NCBI GenBank assembly: GCA_963795855.1
Contig: CAWCIZ010000003.1
Span: 704,001-768,000 of the forward strand
Reading direction: 5' to 3'
From: Vulcanimicrobiota bacterium
Lineage (GTDB): Bacteria; Vulcanimicrobiota; Vulcanimicrobiia; Vulcanimicrobiales; Vulcanimicrobiaceae
DNA length: 64,000 bases
Positions 52,167-62,398 of this stretch are shown piece by piece. The position numbers and the translations under genes are program-made. A model generated the notes under the pieces. It was not told the origin of the DNA and searched no databases. It was given only the letters and a program-made list of their open reading frames with translations. How positions within the stretch are numbered: the stretch's first letter is position 1; each line of letters starts with the position of its first letter.

Positions 52167-53135
52167 GTGCTGCGAGTTTCCTTCGTCATCGGAACGCTCA
52201 ACGAGATCGGGCGTCTGCCCCGCGCCCTCGAGAGCATCCGAAGGCAGAACTATCCGCACGATCTCGTCGAAATCATCGTCGCGGACGGCGGTTCCAACGA
52301 CGGTACTGTCGAGTGCGCTCGATCGCACGGGTGCATCGTCGTCGACAACCCGCTGCGCAGATGCGAACCCGGTATTGCGATCGGCTACGCGGCAGCAGGC
52401 GGCGACATTGCGGTCGTGTTCGCGGCCGACAACGCGCTGCACGATGCGGAGTTCCTCAATCATATCGTGCGGCCGTTCGGCGATCCTCGCGTTTATGCGG
52501 CGGTTCCGCGACTGGTCAGCACGGCGGATGATTGTCTGACGACGCGGTATCTAAACGATTTCACGGATCCGTTCAATCACTTCTTGTACGGCAATGCGGC
52601 ATCGCCGGTCACGTTCAAACGCAAATATCGCGTCAAGCACCGCGGCGACGGCTACGTCGTGTACGATTTTTCCGCGGCAGAACCGCCGCTCGTCGCAATG
52701 GCCCAGGGCGTCACCATTCGTACGGGTCTTTCGCGCCGAAGCGGGACCGAAGAAGACGACGTGGCGCCGATTTCCGATCTGCTCACCGAGGGCCATGACA
52801 TTGCGTACGTTGCCGACGCGCTCGTCGAGCATCACACCGTCGCAAGTTTACGCGATTTCGTCCGTAAATTCGGGCCGCGGATCGGCAAGCGGTTTTCCGA
52901 GCGAGACCAGCCGGTGTGGAATCGCGCGCAAACGTGGAGTTCGTCGCGTAAGCTTCGCGCGTATCTCTGGCCGTTTTATTCGATTTCGCTCGTTTTTCCG
53001 GGCGTGGCCGCCATTTACGGCGCAGTGCGCGACGGACGGCCGACGTGGCTCTATCACCCCGTCGTGAATTTTGCGCTGGGCATCGAGTTCTGGCGCCAAT
53101 TTTTCAAATGGAGATTCGGCACATCGTGGAAATAA
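52167..53135 (+). CDS. Glycosyltransferase family 2
   Basis: SFVIGTLNE, EIIVADGGSNDGT, FAADN. Confidence 0.8.
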   Translation: MLRVSFVIGTLNEIGRLPRALESIRRQNYPHDLVEIIVADGGSNDGTVECARSHGCIVVDNPLRRCEPGIAIGYAAAGGDIAVVFAADNALHDAEFLNHIVRPFGDPRVYAAVPRLVSTADDCLTTRYLNDFTDPFNHFLYGNAASPVTFKRKYRVKHRGDGYVVYDFSAAEPPLVAMAQGVTIRTGLSRRSGTEEDDVAPISDLLTEGHDIAYVADALVEHHTVASLRDFVRKFGPRIGKRFSERDQPVWNRAQTWSSSRKLRAYLWPFYSISLVFPGVAAIYGAVRDGRPTWLYHPVVNFALGIEFWRQFFKWRFGTSWK

Positions 53136-53740
53136 CGCAAAACCTTTCGCTCGGCGACGAGACGACGGTCGACGAGAGCGCAATCGTCGGTTTGGTTGGG
53201 CGCGCAGGGCCGGCGGAAGTGGCGATCGGCGCGCACTCCAGAATTCGTTCGCATACGGTCATTTATGCGGGGGTCGTGGCGGGCGAGCGTTTTAACACGG
53301 GGCATGGAGCGCTGATTCGCGAGAACAACCGCTTCGGCAACGACGTGAGCGTCGGAAGCAATGCGACGTTGGAGCCGGGAAACCGTATCGGAAGCGGTAC
53401 GCGAATCCATTCCGGATGCTTTCTCGAGAATGTCACGCTTGGCGACGACGTTTTCGTCGGGCCGAACGTCGTATTCACGGACGATCCGCATCCGCCGTGC
53501 GCCGAGTGTACGGAATTCGTCGGCGGCGCGACCGTCGGCAAGGGCGCGGCGATCGGCGGAAATTCCACGATTCTACCGGGAGTCACAATCGGCGCTGGTG
53601 CGCTCGTTGGTGCAGGCAGCGTCGTGACGAAAGACGTGCCCGACGGCATGGTCGTTGCGGGAAATCCAGCACGCGTCATCAAGCCCGTCGCCGACGTCGT
53701 CTGCCGCGCGCAAGCCGCGAAAACCGCGAGCGGTTCATGA
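53126..53740 (+). CDS. Hexapeptide-repeat N-acetyltransferase (WbpD-like)
   Basis: Left-handed beta-helix repeats, VFVGPNVVFTDD, IGGNSTILPGVTIG, VVAGNPAR. Confidence 0.85.
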   Translation: MEITQNLSLGDETTVDESAIVGLVGRAGPAEVAIGAHSRIRSHTVIYAGVVAGERFNTGHGALIRENNRFGNDVSVGSNATLEPGNRIGSGTRIHSGCFLENVTLGDDVFVGPNVVFTDDPHPPCAECTEFVGGATVGKGAAIGGNSTILPGVTIGAGALVGAGSVVTKDVPDGMVVAGNPARVIKPVADVVCRAQAAKTASGS

Positions 53741-54774
53741 ACGGTGCGTGCTTAGGCGTCGCCGTCATCGGCGCCGGCTACTGGGGACCGAATCTCGTCC
53801 GAAACTTTTTCAATTCGCCGAATTGGGAAGTGGTCTACGCAGTCGATCGCGATGAGACGCGAATCAATAAGGTTCGCCGGCAGTTTCCAAGCGTCGAGGG
53901 CGTACGCGAGATCGGCCTTGCGCTTGCAGATGAACGCGTCTCGGCCGTCGCTATCGCCACGCCGGTAGAAACGCATTTCGATCTCGCAAAGGCGGCGCTG
54001 CTTGCCGGCAAACACGTAATCATCGAGAAACCGATGACCGAAACGGCGGTGCAAGGCGAAGAACTTTGCCGCATCGCCGCCGAGCGCGCGCTGACGCTGA
54101 TGGTCGACCACACGTTCTTGTACACCGGCTCGGTGGAACTGCTGCGCCGGCTCGTCGAGCGTCACGAGTTCGGCCGCATCCTGTACTTGGATTCGGTTCG
54201 CGTGAATCTGGGATTGTTTCAGAACAACGTCAACGTCGTCTACGACTTGGCGCCGCACGACGTATCGATTTTCAACTACGTGCTGGGCGAATATCCGGTT
54301 TCCGTGTCCGCGAACGTCGCGCATTGTATTCACGAAGATATGGCGGACGTTGCGTTTCTTACGTTGCGCTACCCGTCCGGAGTGCTCGCGCACGCGCACC
54401 TGAGCTGGCTTTCACCGGTCAAAGTGCGCCGTCTGACGATAGCCGGCCGCAGCAAAATGGCGATTTGGGACGACGTCGAGCCGAGCGAGAAGGTGCGCAT
54501 CTACGACAAAGGCGTCGAAACGAATCCCGATTACGAATCCAGCGCGCGGCGCATGGTCTCGTATCGCACGGGCGACATGCACGCGCCCGCCCTCGACGCA
54601 ACGGAAGCCCTGACCAAAGGCATCGAGAATTTTTACCGTGCAATCACTGCCGGCGAGCCGGTGCGATCTGCCGCGCAAGACGGCTTGGCGGTCGTACGCG
54701 TCCTGGAGGCTACCGATAAATCGATAGCAGCCGAGGGCGCCACCATCCAACTTTCAAACGGAGTACTTGCTTAA
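53737..54774 (+). CDS. Gfo/Idh/MocA oxidoreductase (WbpB/GnnA-like)
   Basis: VIGAGYWG, IATP..THF, HVIIEKP, DLAPHD. Confidence 0.88.
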   Translation: MNGACLGVAVIGAGYWGPNLVRNFFNSPNWEVVYAVDRDETRINKVRRQFPSVEGVREIGLALADERVSAVAIATPVETHFDLAKAALLAGKHVIIEKPMTETAVQGEELCRIAAERALTLMVDHTFLYTGSVELLRRLVERHEFGRILYLDSVRVNLGLFQNNVNVVYDLAPHDVSIFNYVLGEYPVSVSANVAHCIHEDMADVAFLTLRYPSGVLAHAHLSWLSPVKVRRLTIAGRSKMAIWDDVEPSEKVRIYDKGVETNPDYESSARRMVSYRTGDMHAPALDATEALTKGIENFYRAITAGEPVRSAAQDGLAVVRVLEATDKSIAAEGATIQLSNGVLA

Positions 54775-54776
54775 AC

Positions 54777-55880
54777 ATGGAAACCCGCATCAAGGTGCCG
54801 TTCCTCGATCTCAAAGCGCAATACGACACCATCAAGGACGAGATTTGGCCGGCAGTGCGCGAGGTCGTCGAGCGAACGCAGTTCATTCTCGGGCCGGCCG
54901 TGGAGCAATTCGAAACGAATTTCGCCGCATACTGCGGTGCGTCGCAGTGCGTCGCGACCGGATCTGGGACGGATTCGCTGCATCTCGCGCTGCTCGCTGC
55001 GGGCGTTGGCCCGGCTGACGAGGTGATCACGCAGGCGAACACGTTCGTCGCGACGACCGAGGCTATCGCATACACGGGCGCGCGCGTCGTCCTCGTCGAT
55101 GTCGCGCCGCCTTCGTACGCGATAGACGTTGACGCGATACGCGCCGCCATCACCCCGAAGACCAAGGCAATCGTTCCCGTTCATTTATTCGGCCAGCCGT
55201 GCGATTTGGACGCGATCTACGCACTCGCAAAAGAAGCGAATCTCGTCGTCATCGAGGACGCCTCGCAAGCGCACGGCGCGCAGATTCGCGGCCGCCGCAT
55301 CGGCGATCGCGGCATCGCTTCGTTCAGTTTCTATCCCGGCAAGAATCTCGGCGCGTATGGCGAGGGCGGCGCCGTTACGTGCAACGACGGAGCCTTTGCG
55401 GAGAAGATGCGAATTCTGCGCAATCACGGCAGTTCGAAGAAATATCTGCATTCGCATATCGGCTACAACTACCGTATGGACGGCATCCAAGGCGCGGTTC
55501 TCGACGTCAAACTCAAATATTTGGACGAATGGACCGATGCGCGCCGCAAAGTCGCGGCGCTGTACGACTCGCTGCTCGCAGACATTCCGAAGCCCGCGGT
55601 TCCGCAGGACGTCAAACACGTGTACCACATCTATCCGCTGTTCGTGACCGGCCGCGATGCATTCCGCGCGAGGCTCTCGGAGGACGGCGTCGACACGAAC
55701 GTGCACTATCCGGTGCCATGTCATCTGCAAGAAGCGTTTCGCTACCTCGGGTATGCCGAAGGGGCTTTCCCGCACTCTGAGTTCATGGCGAACGCGGAAG
55801 TGTCGTTACCGATGTATGCGGAGATGACGGACGAGATGGTTCGTTACGTTGCCGCCGCGGTGCGCCGGCACTACCGTTGA
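54777..55880 (+). CDS. DegT/DnrJ/EryC1/StrS aminotransferase (WbpE-like)
   Basis: VPFLDLKAQY, PVHLFGQ, IEDASQAHGA, SFYPGKNLGAYGEGG, GYNYRMD. Confidence 0.92.
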   Translation: METRIKVPFLDLKAQYDTIKDEIWPAVREVVERTQFILGPAVEQFETNFAAYCGASQCVATGSGTDSLHLALLAAGVGPADEVITQANTFVATTEAIAYTGARVVLVDVAPPSYAIDVDAIRAAITPKTKAIVPVHLFGQPCDLDAIYALAKEANLVVIEDASQAHGAQIRGRRIGDRGIASFSFYPGKNLGAYGEGGAVTCNDGAFAEKMRILRNHGSSKKYLHSHIGYNYRMDGIQGAVLDVKLKYLDEWTDARRKVAALYDSLLADIPKPAVPQDVKHVYHIYPLFVTGRDAFRARLSEDGVDTNVHYPVPCHLQEAFRYLGYAEGAFPHSEFMANAEVSLPMYAEMTDEMVRYVAAAVRRHYR

Positions 55881-56680
55881 TGGATCCGCGCGAAATCGAG
55901 CGCCTGAAAAACACGTGGGACCATCTTGGGAAGGTCGACCCGATGTGGGCGATTCTTACCGCCGATCCCGCCAAACTCGGACACGGATGGGATAAAGACG
56001 AGTTCTTTGCGACGGGCCGAAATGAAATCGATGCGCTGGTCGACGAGTTGCAAACTCGCGGCATCGCGGTGAAATTTGGCGCAGCGTTGGATTTCGGTTG
56101 CGGTCTGGGGCGTTTGACGCAGGCGCTGGCTCGGCATTTCGAACGGGTTACCGGCGTCGACATCGCGCCCTCGATGATCGAGGGTGCTCGGCATTTCAAC
56201 GCGTTCGGCGAGCGCTGCGACTACGTCGTCAACGATCGGCCGGATTTGCGGCTGTTTGAAAGCGGCTCGTTCGATTTCGTCTACAGCACGCAAGTGCTTC
56301 AGCATATTCCGGTGAACATGACACGCGCGTACATCGCAGAGTTTTGCCGCGTTGCAAAGCCCGGCGGCGTTATCGTCTTTCAGTTACCGGAAGCGGTACC
56401 GTTGAACGCGCGGACGCGGCTTTTTCACGCGATCATGCCGCTGCTGCTGCGCCTGCTGCCCGGCTTCGCAATTCGCGCATACCGCCGCCTGAAATACCGC
56501 AACGCCACCCCCGAAACGATTGCCTCCCTTCCGCGAAACATCATGGAAATGCACGGCTTGTCGAAGCAGCTCGTCACGGAACTTCTAGCGCAATCCGGAG
56601 CAAAGGCCGTGTACGTTCGGCAAAACACCGAAGTCGGCACGACGTGGACGAATTGGCAGTATTACGCCGTTAAAAGCTAA
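55880..56680 (+). CDS. Class I SAM-dependent methyltransferase
   Basis: ALDFGCGLGRL, GVDIAPSMI, FDFVYSTQVLQHI. Confidence 0.88.
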   Translation: MDPREIERLKNTWDHLGKVDPMWAILTADPAKLGHGWDKDEFFATGRNEIDALVDELQTRGIAVKFGAALDFGCGLGRLTQALARHFERVTGVDIAPSMIEGARHFNAFGERCDYVVNDRPDLRLFESGSFDFVYSTQVLQHIPVNMTRAYIAEFCRVAKPGGVIVFQLPEAVPLNARTRLFHAIMPLLLRLLPGFAIRAYRRLKYRNATPETIASLPRNIMEMHGLSKQLVTELLAQSGAKAVYVRQNTEVGTTWTNWQYYAVKS

Positions 56681-56693
56681 CGGCTGCGCGGCA

Positions 56694-58154
56694 TTACTTC
56701 AGCCGGCAATACGTCGGCGGTATCGGACGTGGGCCGGCGGCGTGCAACGTCGCCGCATCTTTGCGCGCCGCCGTCGAAACACCGGATCCGCTCAACGTAA
56801 ACGCGTAGACTTTACCGGATAAATCGGCGACGAACAGGCCTTGCGTCGTCAGGACCGGACCGCCGTGGAAATTTCCGGCGGTTTGGTGCGACCACAGCGT
56901 ATTTCCGGTTGACGGGTCGAGCGCTTCGATCGTGTCGTCGATCGTCGCAAACGCCAAGTCCGGGGTGGTCGCGACGTACGAGGAGATTGGATAGTTCATC
57001 GTGCGCTGCCACTTTATTTCGCCGCTGGGCGAAAGCCCGTACAGCGTGCTCCCCGGCGGAGGTCCGGTGTTCGACGGAAAACTGTGAAAGCCGCCGCTGA
57101 TGATGAAGGTCGAGTCCGTGTAGCCGGGCGTCATGTGGCCGCCCAACTCGTCGGCGACGCCGAGGTTTTCTTTCCAGAGAACGTTGCCCGTCAGCAAATC
57201 CACCCAATACATGTAGCCGCTCTTTGCGATGACGTACCCGGTCGTGCCGAGGACTAGTACGCCGCCGCCCACGTCGTCATCGTGATTCGCAGTGGCGGTT
57301 TGAACGAACCACTGTTCTTTCAGGCCGAGATCCGATGCAACGATCGAATTCGCCGAAGGCGGCGAGGTGACGCACGTGTTGCCGGTTCCGAAGATCAAAC
57401 GCGTTCCGTCGTAGCTGAGCGGACCCCAGACACCGCCGCCATCCGGGGCCGGCGGCGCAGTCAACCAGATCGATCCGGGCGAACCGGTTTTCTCATCAAA
57501 CGCATACACGCCGCCGGCATGGCAGAATCCCGCGTCGCCCAGTGAGACGCCGGCATAGATGACGCCGTTCACCGCAACGGGCGAGCCTTGCAGCGCGCCA
57601 GGCACGCGCTGCGTCCACAGCATGTGACCGGTCAACGGATCGAGCGCGGTGAGTTGCGACGGATAGTCGTGCTGACCGACGAACAAAATCCCGTCGTAGA
57701 TCGCGGGCGTCATCTCGGTCCACTGCCCCATTTGATCCTGCCAGACGATCGCGCCCGTTTTTGCGTTGAACGCCGTTAGTTCACCGTTTTCGTCGGTGGT
57801 GTAAAGCAGTGCGCCGTACAGAATGGGACTCGCATTGAACGGCGCGTTCGTGGAGCTTTGATAACTCCAGGCAAGTTTTAAGTCCGAAAGCGTCGAGCGG
57901 TCGATACCCGTGGGATTCGGTTCGAAGCCGGTGCGCAGAATGTCGTGCGCGTACGTCGCCCAATTATCGCTCGGCGTCGTTGACGGAACCTCGAAACTCG
58001 GATCGGGATCGGAAGGACCGGTACCCGGAGGAGCGGTTGCCGTCGGATGGCTGGGCAACGACGGAGACGAGGCGGCTCCCCCGCCGCCGCCACCGCAGCC
58101 GGCGAACGAGACGGCAAAGCACGCAAGGATTCCGGCGACGGCATACCTGTTCAC
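56694..58154 (-). CDS. PQQ-binding-like beta-propeller lipoprotein
   Basis: Lipobox FAGC, Gly/Pro linker, WATYAHD..RTG, repeated TG..W blades, GGGVWG, FGTGN. Confidence 0.8.
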   Translation of the reverse strand: MNRYAVAGILACFAVSFAGCGGGGGGAASSPSLPSHPTATAPPGTGPSDPDPSFEVPSTTPSDNWATYAHDILRTGFEPNPTGIDRSTLSDLKLAWSYQSSTNAPFNASPILYGALLYTTDENGELTAFNAKTGAIVWQDQMGQWTEMTPAIYDGILFVGQHDYPSQLTALDPLTGHMLWTQRVPGALQGSPVAVNGVIYAGVSLGDAGFCHAGGVYAFDEKTGSPGSIWLTAPPAPDGGGVWGPLSYDGTRLIFGTGNTCVTSPPSANSIVASDLGLKEQWFVQTATANHDDDVGGGVLVLGTTGYVIAKSGYMYWVDLLTGNVLWKENLGVADELGGHMTPGYTDSTFIISGGFHSFPSNTGPPPGSTLYGLSPSGEIKWQRTMNYPISSYVATTPDLAFATIDDTIEALDPSTGNTLWSHQTAGNFHGGPVLTTQGLFVADLSGKVYAFTLSGSGVSTAARKDAATLHAAGPRPIPPTYCRLK

Positions 58155-58237
58155 CGCGGAAAGGTTGGCGGCTCGAGCGTCCTTTCCTACGATTATTTTC
58201 CCAGGCAATTCTCAGTTTTGCGCCAAAAAAACGCGCC

Positions 58238-58772
58238 ATGCTCGAGCGAGTGCCGACGAAATTCGAGGATGCGTTTTTGATCAAACCGGCGGCGTTCGCA
58301 GACGCGCGCGGGCTGTTCAAGGAGAGTCTACGTGCGCACGAAATACCGCGCCCTCGGCATCGCCGACGAGTTCGTGCAAGACAACGTCTCGTTTTCGCGC
58401 CGCGGCGTGTTGCGTGGTTTGCACGGCGATCCGCGGATGAGCAAACTCGTGCAGGTGCTGCGCGGAGAGGCGTTCGACGTCATCGTCGATGCGCGCAAGG
58501 AATCGTCGACCTTCGGGCAGTGGGAAGGCGTGCACCTGCGTGCGCAAGAGCACGTGCAGATCTACATCCCCGCCGGTTTTCTGCACGGCTTTCTCGCGCT
58601 GAGCGACGACGTGATTTTCACATACAAGCAAAGCGCGGAATACGATCCGGCACAGGAAATCGGCGTGCGCTGGAACGATCCGGATCTCGCGATCGCGTGG
58701 CCGCTTACCGGCAATCCGGAACTCTCGCCGAAAGACTTAGCGAACCGCGCCTTCCGCGAGGTCTTCGCGTGA
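58238..58772 (+). CDS. rfbC: dTDP-4-dehydrorhamnose 3,5-epimerase (frameshift ~58327)
   Basis: FADARGLFKES, FVQDNVSFS.RGVLRGLH, KLVQVLRGE.FDV.VD.R, IPAGFLHGF, WNDPDLAIAWP. Confidence 0.9.
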
Positions 58773-58794
58773 GCCGTTAGTGCAGCTCGGATAT

Positions 58795-59622
58795 TTACGA
58801 TATTTGCGCGCTGCGGTAGCGCAAACCGGTGAGTTGCTCCTCGGCCATCTCCACCCCGATTCGCCGTCCGGCAACGGGCGCGTGAAAATCCGTTCCGCCC
58901 GTCACGAGCAACTTGCGCGCCGAAGCGAACTCGCGAAGCATCTGCTGAGCGTCGGCGTCCGCCGTCGGGTGCACGACTTCGATGCCGTCCGCGCCGAGTT
59001 TGTAAAGTTCCTCGAGATGCGCCGCTTCCCGCAGACGCATGGGGTGCGCCACCACGGCAACGCCGCCTGACTCGTGGATCAGCTCGATGATGCGATCCGA
59101 ACTAAGCCGCTCGAGCGCGATGTAGCCGTCGCCGTCGTCGGCGATGTACCGGTCGAAGGCCTCTTGCACCGTCGTCACATGCCCTTTGGCGACAAGCGCC
59201 CGCGCCAAGTGCGGACGTCCGAGCGAACTCGCGGCCGCCGCTTGCGCTACAACGTCTTCCATCGCGATTGCAATGCCGAGCACGTTGAGTCTGGCAACCA
59301 TCCCTTCCATACGGCGACGGCGGTCGGCTCGCTGGGCGTTCAACGCTTGCAGCAGCGGCGAGCCGTGGTCGTCGATTCCGTACGCGAGAATGTGCGCGGT
59401 GTGCCCGTCGTAATGCGAATCGACCTCTAGTCCCGGAATGCAGCGCTCGCGAAGGTCGTCCGGCACCGGATATGCGTCCAGGCAGTCGTGGTCCGTAATG
59501 CTAAAAAGCAGTAAATCGCGTGCGCGAATTTCCTCGAACAGCCGTTCCGGCGCCCAGACGCCGTCGGACTTTGTTGTGTGCAGGTGAAGATCGCAGAGCA
59601 CGACCTTAGTGTTCGGCCGCAC
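58795..59622 (-). CDS. PHP-domain metallophosphoesterase (YciV/TrpH-like)
   Basis: DLHLHTTKSDG, ITDHD, HILAY, GRPHLARAL, VAHP, TGGTDFH. Confidence 0.88.
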   Translation of the reverse strand: MRPNTKVVLCDLHLHTTKSDGVWAPERLFEEIRARDLLLFSITDHDCLDAYPVPDDLRERCIPGLEVDSHYDGHTAHILAYGIDDHGSPLLQALNAQRADRRRRMEGMVARLNVLGIAIAMEDVVAQAAAASSLGRPHLARALVAKGHVTTVQEAFDRYIADDGDGYIALERLSSDRIIELIHESGGVAVVAHPMRLREAAHLEELYKLGADGIEVVHPTADADAQQMLREFASARKLLVTGGTDFHAPVAGRRIGVEMAEEQLTGLRYRSAQIS

Positions 59623-59723
59623 CCGCCGATAACATGTGGGTTGACGCAATCTTGGCAGGCAGTGCAGCACACGATGGTATCCACGCCCAGGGTCTCTCGG
59701 GTACCCTGCGAACTGATTTCACG

Positions 59724-60545
59724 ATGACCCCCGCGGTGAGAGCGGACCAAGACGCCTATCTGGACGACTTGGAGGCGCAGTCCGTTTACATTTTGCGCGA
59801 GGCTTTCGCCTGCGTGGAGCCGCTGTGCATGCTCTGGTCCATCGGCAAGGACAGCACGGCGCTGCTCTGGCTCGCGCGCAAGGCATTTTTCGGCCGCGTT
59901 CCCTTTCCGCTCGTCCAGCTCGATACGGAGATGGAACTGCCCGAAGTGTACGAGTTCCGCGACCGGATCGCCAAGGAGTGGGATCTCGATCTTCGCGTGG
60001 AGCTGTGCCCGCCAGAATCGAGCGTCGATCAAACGTTGCCGCCGGGCGCTCGCGCCGCCGCGCGCAAAACCGAAGGGCTCAAACAGTTGTTGCAGCGCGA
60101 TCGGTATCGCGGAGTCTTGCTTGGCATTCGCCGCGACGAACAAGCGACGCGAGCCAAAGAGCGCGTGTTCAGCCCGCGCTCGTTCGGCGGCGATTGGGAT
60201 GTGCGTCACCAGCCCGCCGAGTTCTGGAACCACTACACGACGGACGTCGCCGAAGGCATGCATCTGCGCATCCACCCGCTGCTGCACTGGACGGAAGTCG
60301 ACATCTGGCGTTATCACCAGCGCGAGAACATTCCGTACGTGGCGCTGTATCTGGCAAAGGACGGCAAACGCTATCGTTCGCTCGGCGAAAAGAACATTAC
60401 GGTGCCCATAAACAGCAACGCCGCGACCCTCGAAGCGATCATCGCGGAACTCGAAGCCACGCGCGAACCCGAACGCGCCGGCCGTTTGATGGATCACGAA
60501 CAGGAAGATGCATTCGAGCGCCTTCGCGCTTCGGGGTACATGTAG
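59724..60545 (+). CDS. cysD: Sulfate adenylyltransferase subunit 2
   Basis: LEAQSVYILREA, WSIGKDS, KTEGLKQ, GIRRDEQ..RAKERVFS, QPAEFW, RYRSLG. Confidence 0.92.
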   Translation: MTPAVRADQDAYLDDLEAQSVYILREAFACVEPLCMLWSIGKDSTALLWLARKAFFGRVPFPLVQLDTEMELPEVYEFRDRIAKEWDLDLRVELCPPESSVDQTLPPGARAAARKTEGLKQLLQRDRYRGVLLGIRRDEQATRAKERVFSPRSFGGDWDVRHQPAEFWNHYTTDVAEGMHLRIHPLLHWTEVDIWRYHQRENIPYVALYLAKDGKRYRSLGEKNITVPINSNAATLEAIIAELEATREPERAGRLMDHEQEDAFERLRASGYM

Positions 60546-62398
60546 ATGTCGCGCGCGCTCAAGATCGTCATCGGCGGACACGTCGACCATGGAAAGTCGA
60601 CGCTCATCGGACGTTTGCTGCACGACACCGATAGTCTGCCGCCCGGAAAAGCGGAAGAACTGGAAGCGCTCAGCCGCAAGCGCGGCATGCCGCTGGAATG
60701 GTCGTTCGTGCTCGACGCACTGCAGACCGAGCGCGATCAGGCCATCACCATCGACACCACGCGCGTCTGGTTCACGTGGAACGCACGCCGCTACGCGATC
60801 ATCGACGCGCCCGGGCATCGCGAGTTCGTGCGCAACATGCTCAGCGGCGCGTCCGAAGCCGATGCGGCGGTGCTGGTGGTCGACGTCGTCGAAGGCGTCA
60901 GCGAACAAACCAAACGTCACGCGCAATTGCTGCACATGCTCGGCATCCGTCAAATAACCGCCGTGCTGAACAAAATGGACGCCGCAGGCTACGACGCGGC
61001 GCGTTTCGAACAGGTCGCACGCGAAACACGCGAGATGCTGACGGCGCTGGACTTGCATCCGCATTCGCTGATTCCAATCTCTGCGCGCAACGGCGAAAAT
61101 CTGAAAAACCGCTCCGCGAACATGTCGTGGTACGGCGGCCCCTCATTGCTGGAAGCGCTCGAGCAGTTCAATCCGATGACGGCGATGATCGACGCGCCGC
61201 TACGGCTTCGCGTACAGGACGTGTACCGCAACGATGGTTCGCGCATCGCGGTCGGCCGCATCGAATCCGGAAGTATTGCGATGGGCGACAAGGTGCTGCT
61301 CTCGCCGATGAATTCCGCGGCGACGGTGCGCACCATCGAGCGCTGGAGCGCGCCCGATCACCCGTTGGCGACCGCCGGCGAATCGATCGGCATCACGTTC
61401 AACGAACCGGTCTTCGTCAATCGCGGCGACGTCGTCAGTCACGCGGATCGGCCGCCCCAGCTCGATTATGCCTTCCGCGCCATCTGCTTCTGGCTGGACG
61501 AAACGCCGCCGCAGGTTGGCGAGCAGCTCACGGTTCAATTCGGAGCCACGACGGCTCGCGCCGTTATCGCCGCAATCGAGAGCGTCGTCGATTCATCGTC
61601 GCTGCAGACCCTCGCCACGGATACGATTCCGCGTTACGCGATCGTGCAAGTGCGCCTGCGTTCCACGGCGCTGATTCCGCTCGACAATCACGCGTCGATG
61701 CCCGCGTCATCGCGTTTGGTTCTGCTGCGCGGACGGGATGCAGTCGCCGGCGGAGTCGTCAGCGGCGTGACGACCGGAAACGCGCCGCAGAACATCTACC
61801 ATGCGGATCACCTGATTTCGCGCGAGGAACGCGAGCGCCGCAACGGTCATCGCGGCGCAGTCATCTGGCTGACCGGCCTTTCCGGCGCCGGGAAATCGAC
61901 GCTTGCCATGGCGCTCGAACGCGCGTTGTTTGCGCAAGGCGCGTCGGTGTACGTGCTCGACGGCGACAACGTGCGCGCAGGCTTGAACGGCGACTTGGGC
62001 TTTTCGGCTGCGGATCGCGCGGAAAACATCCGCCGCATCGGCGAGGTAGCCGCGCTGTTTGCGGATTCGGGCTCGATCGTCATCACCGCGTTCATTTCGC
62101 CGATGCGCCGCGATCGCGACATCGCGCGAAAAGCGGCGGGCGAGCGCTTCCACGAAGTCTACGTCAGCGCCGACGTGCGAACGTGCGAACTCGCGACACG
62201 AAAGGATTGTACAAACGCGCGCGCGCCGGAGAGATATCCGAATTCACGGGCGTCTCCGCGCCGTACGAGGCGCCCGATGCGCCGGAGTTGACGCTCGATA
62301 CCGCCGGGAAGTCGGTCGATCGCTGCGTCGATGAATTGGTCGCATACGTCGCGGCGGCAGCGGGCTTGCGCGAGGCAGTTCGAACGCAGCGGCGATGA
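60546..62398 (+). CDS. cysNC: Bifunctional ATP sulfurylase subunit 1 / APS kinase (frameshift ~62190)
   Basis: [24 protein letters not shown]; kinase [44 protein letters not shown]. Confidence 0.92.

Noticed and set aside
59660..59723. Possible SAM/cysteine riboswitch before cysD (CAGGGT..ACCCTG hairpin)
   Set aside because: Leader is short and no recognisable SAM-I/II or T-box consensus was seen.
12851..62291. Programmed ribosomal frameshifting or phase variation at the gene breaks
   Set aside because: No long slippery or SSR tracts, and housekeeping genes are hit at random; sequencing error is more parsimonious.
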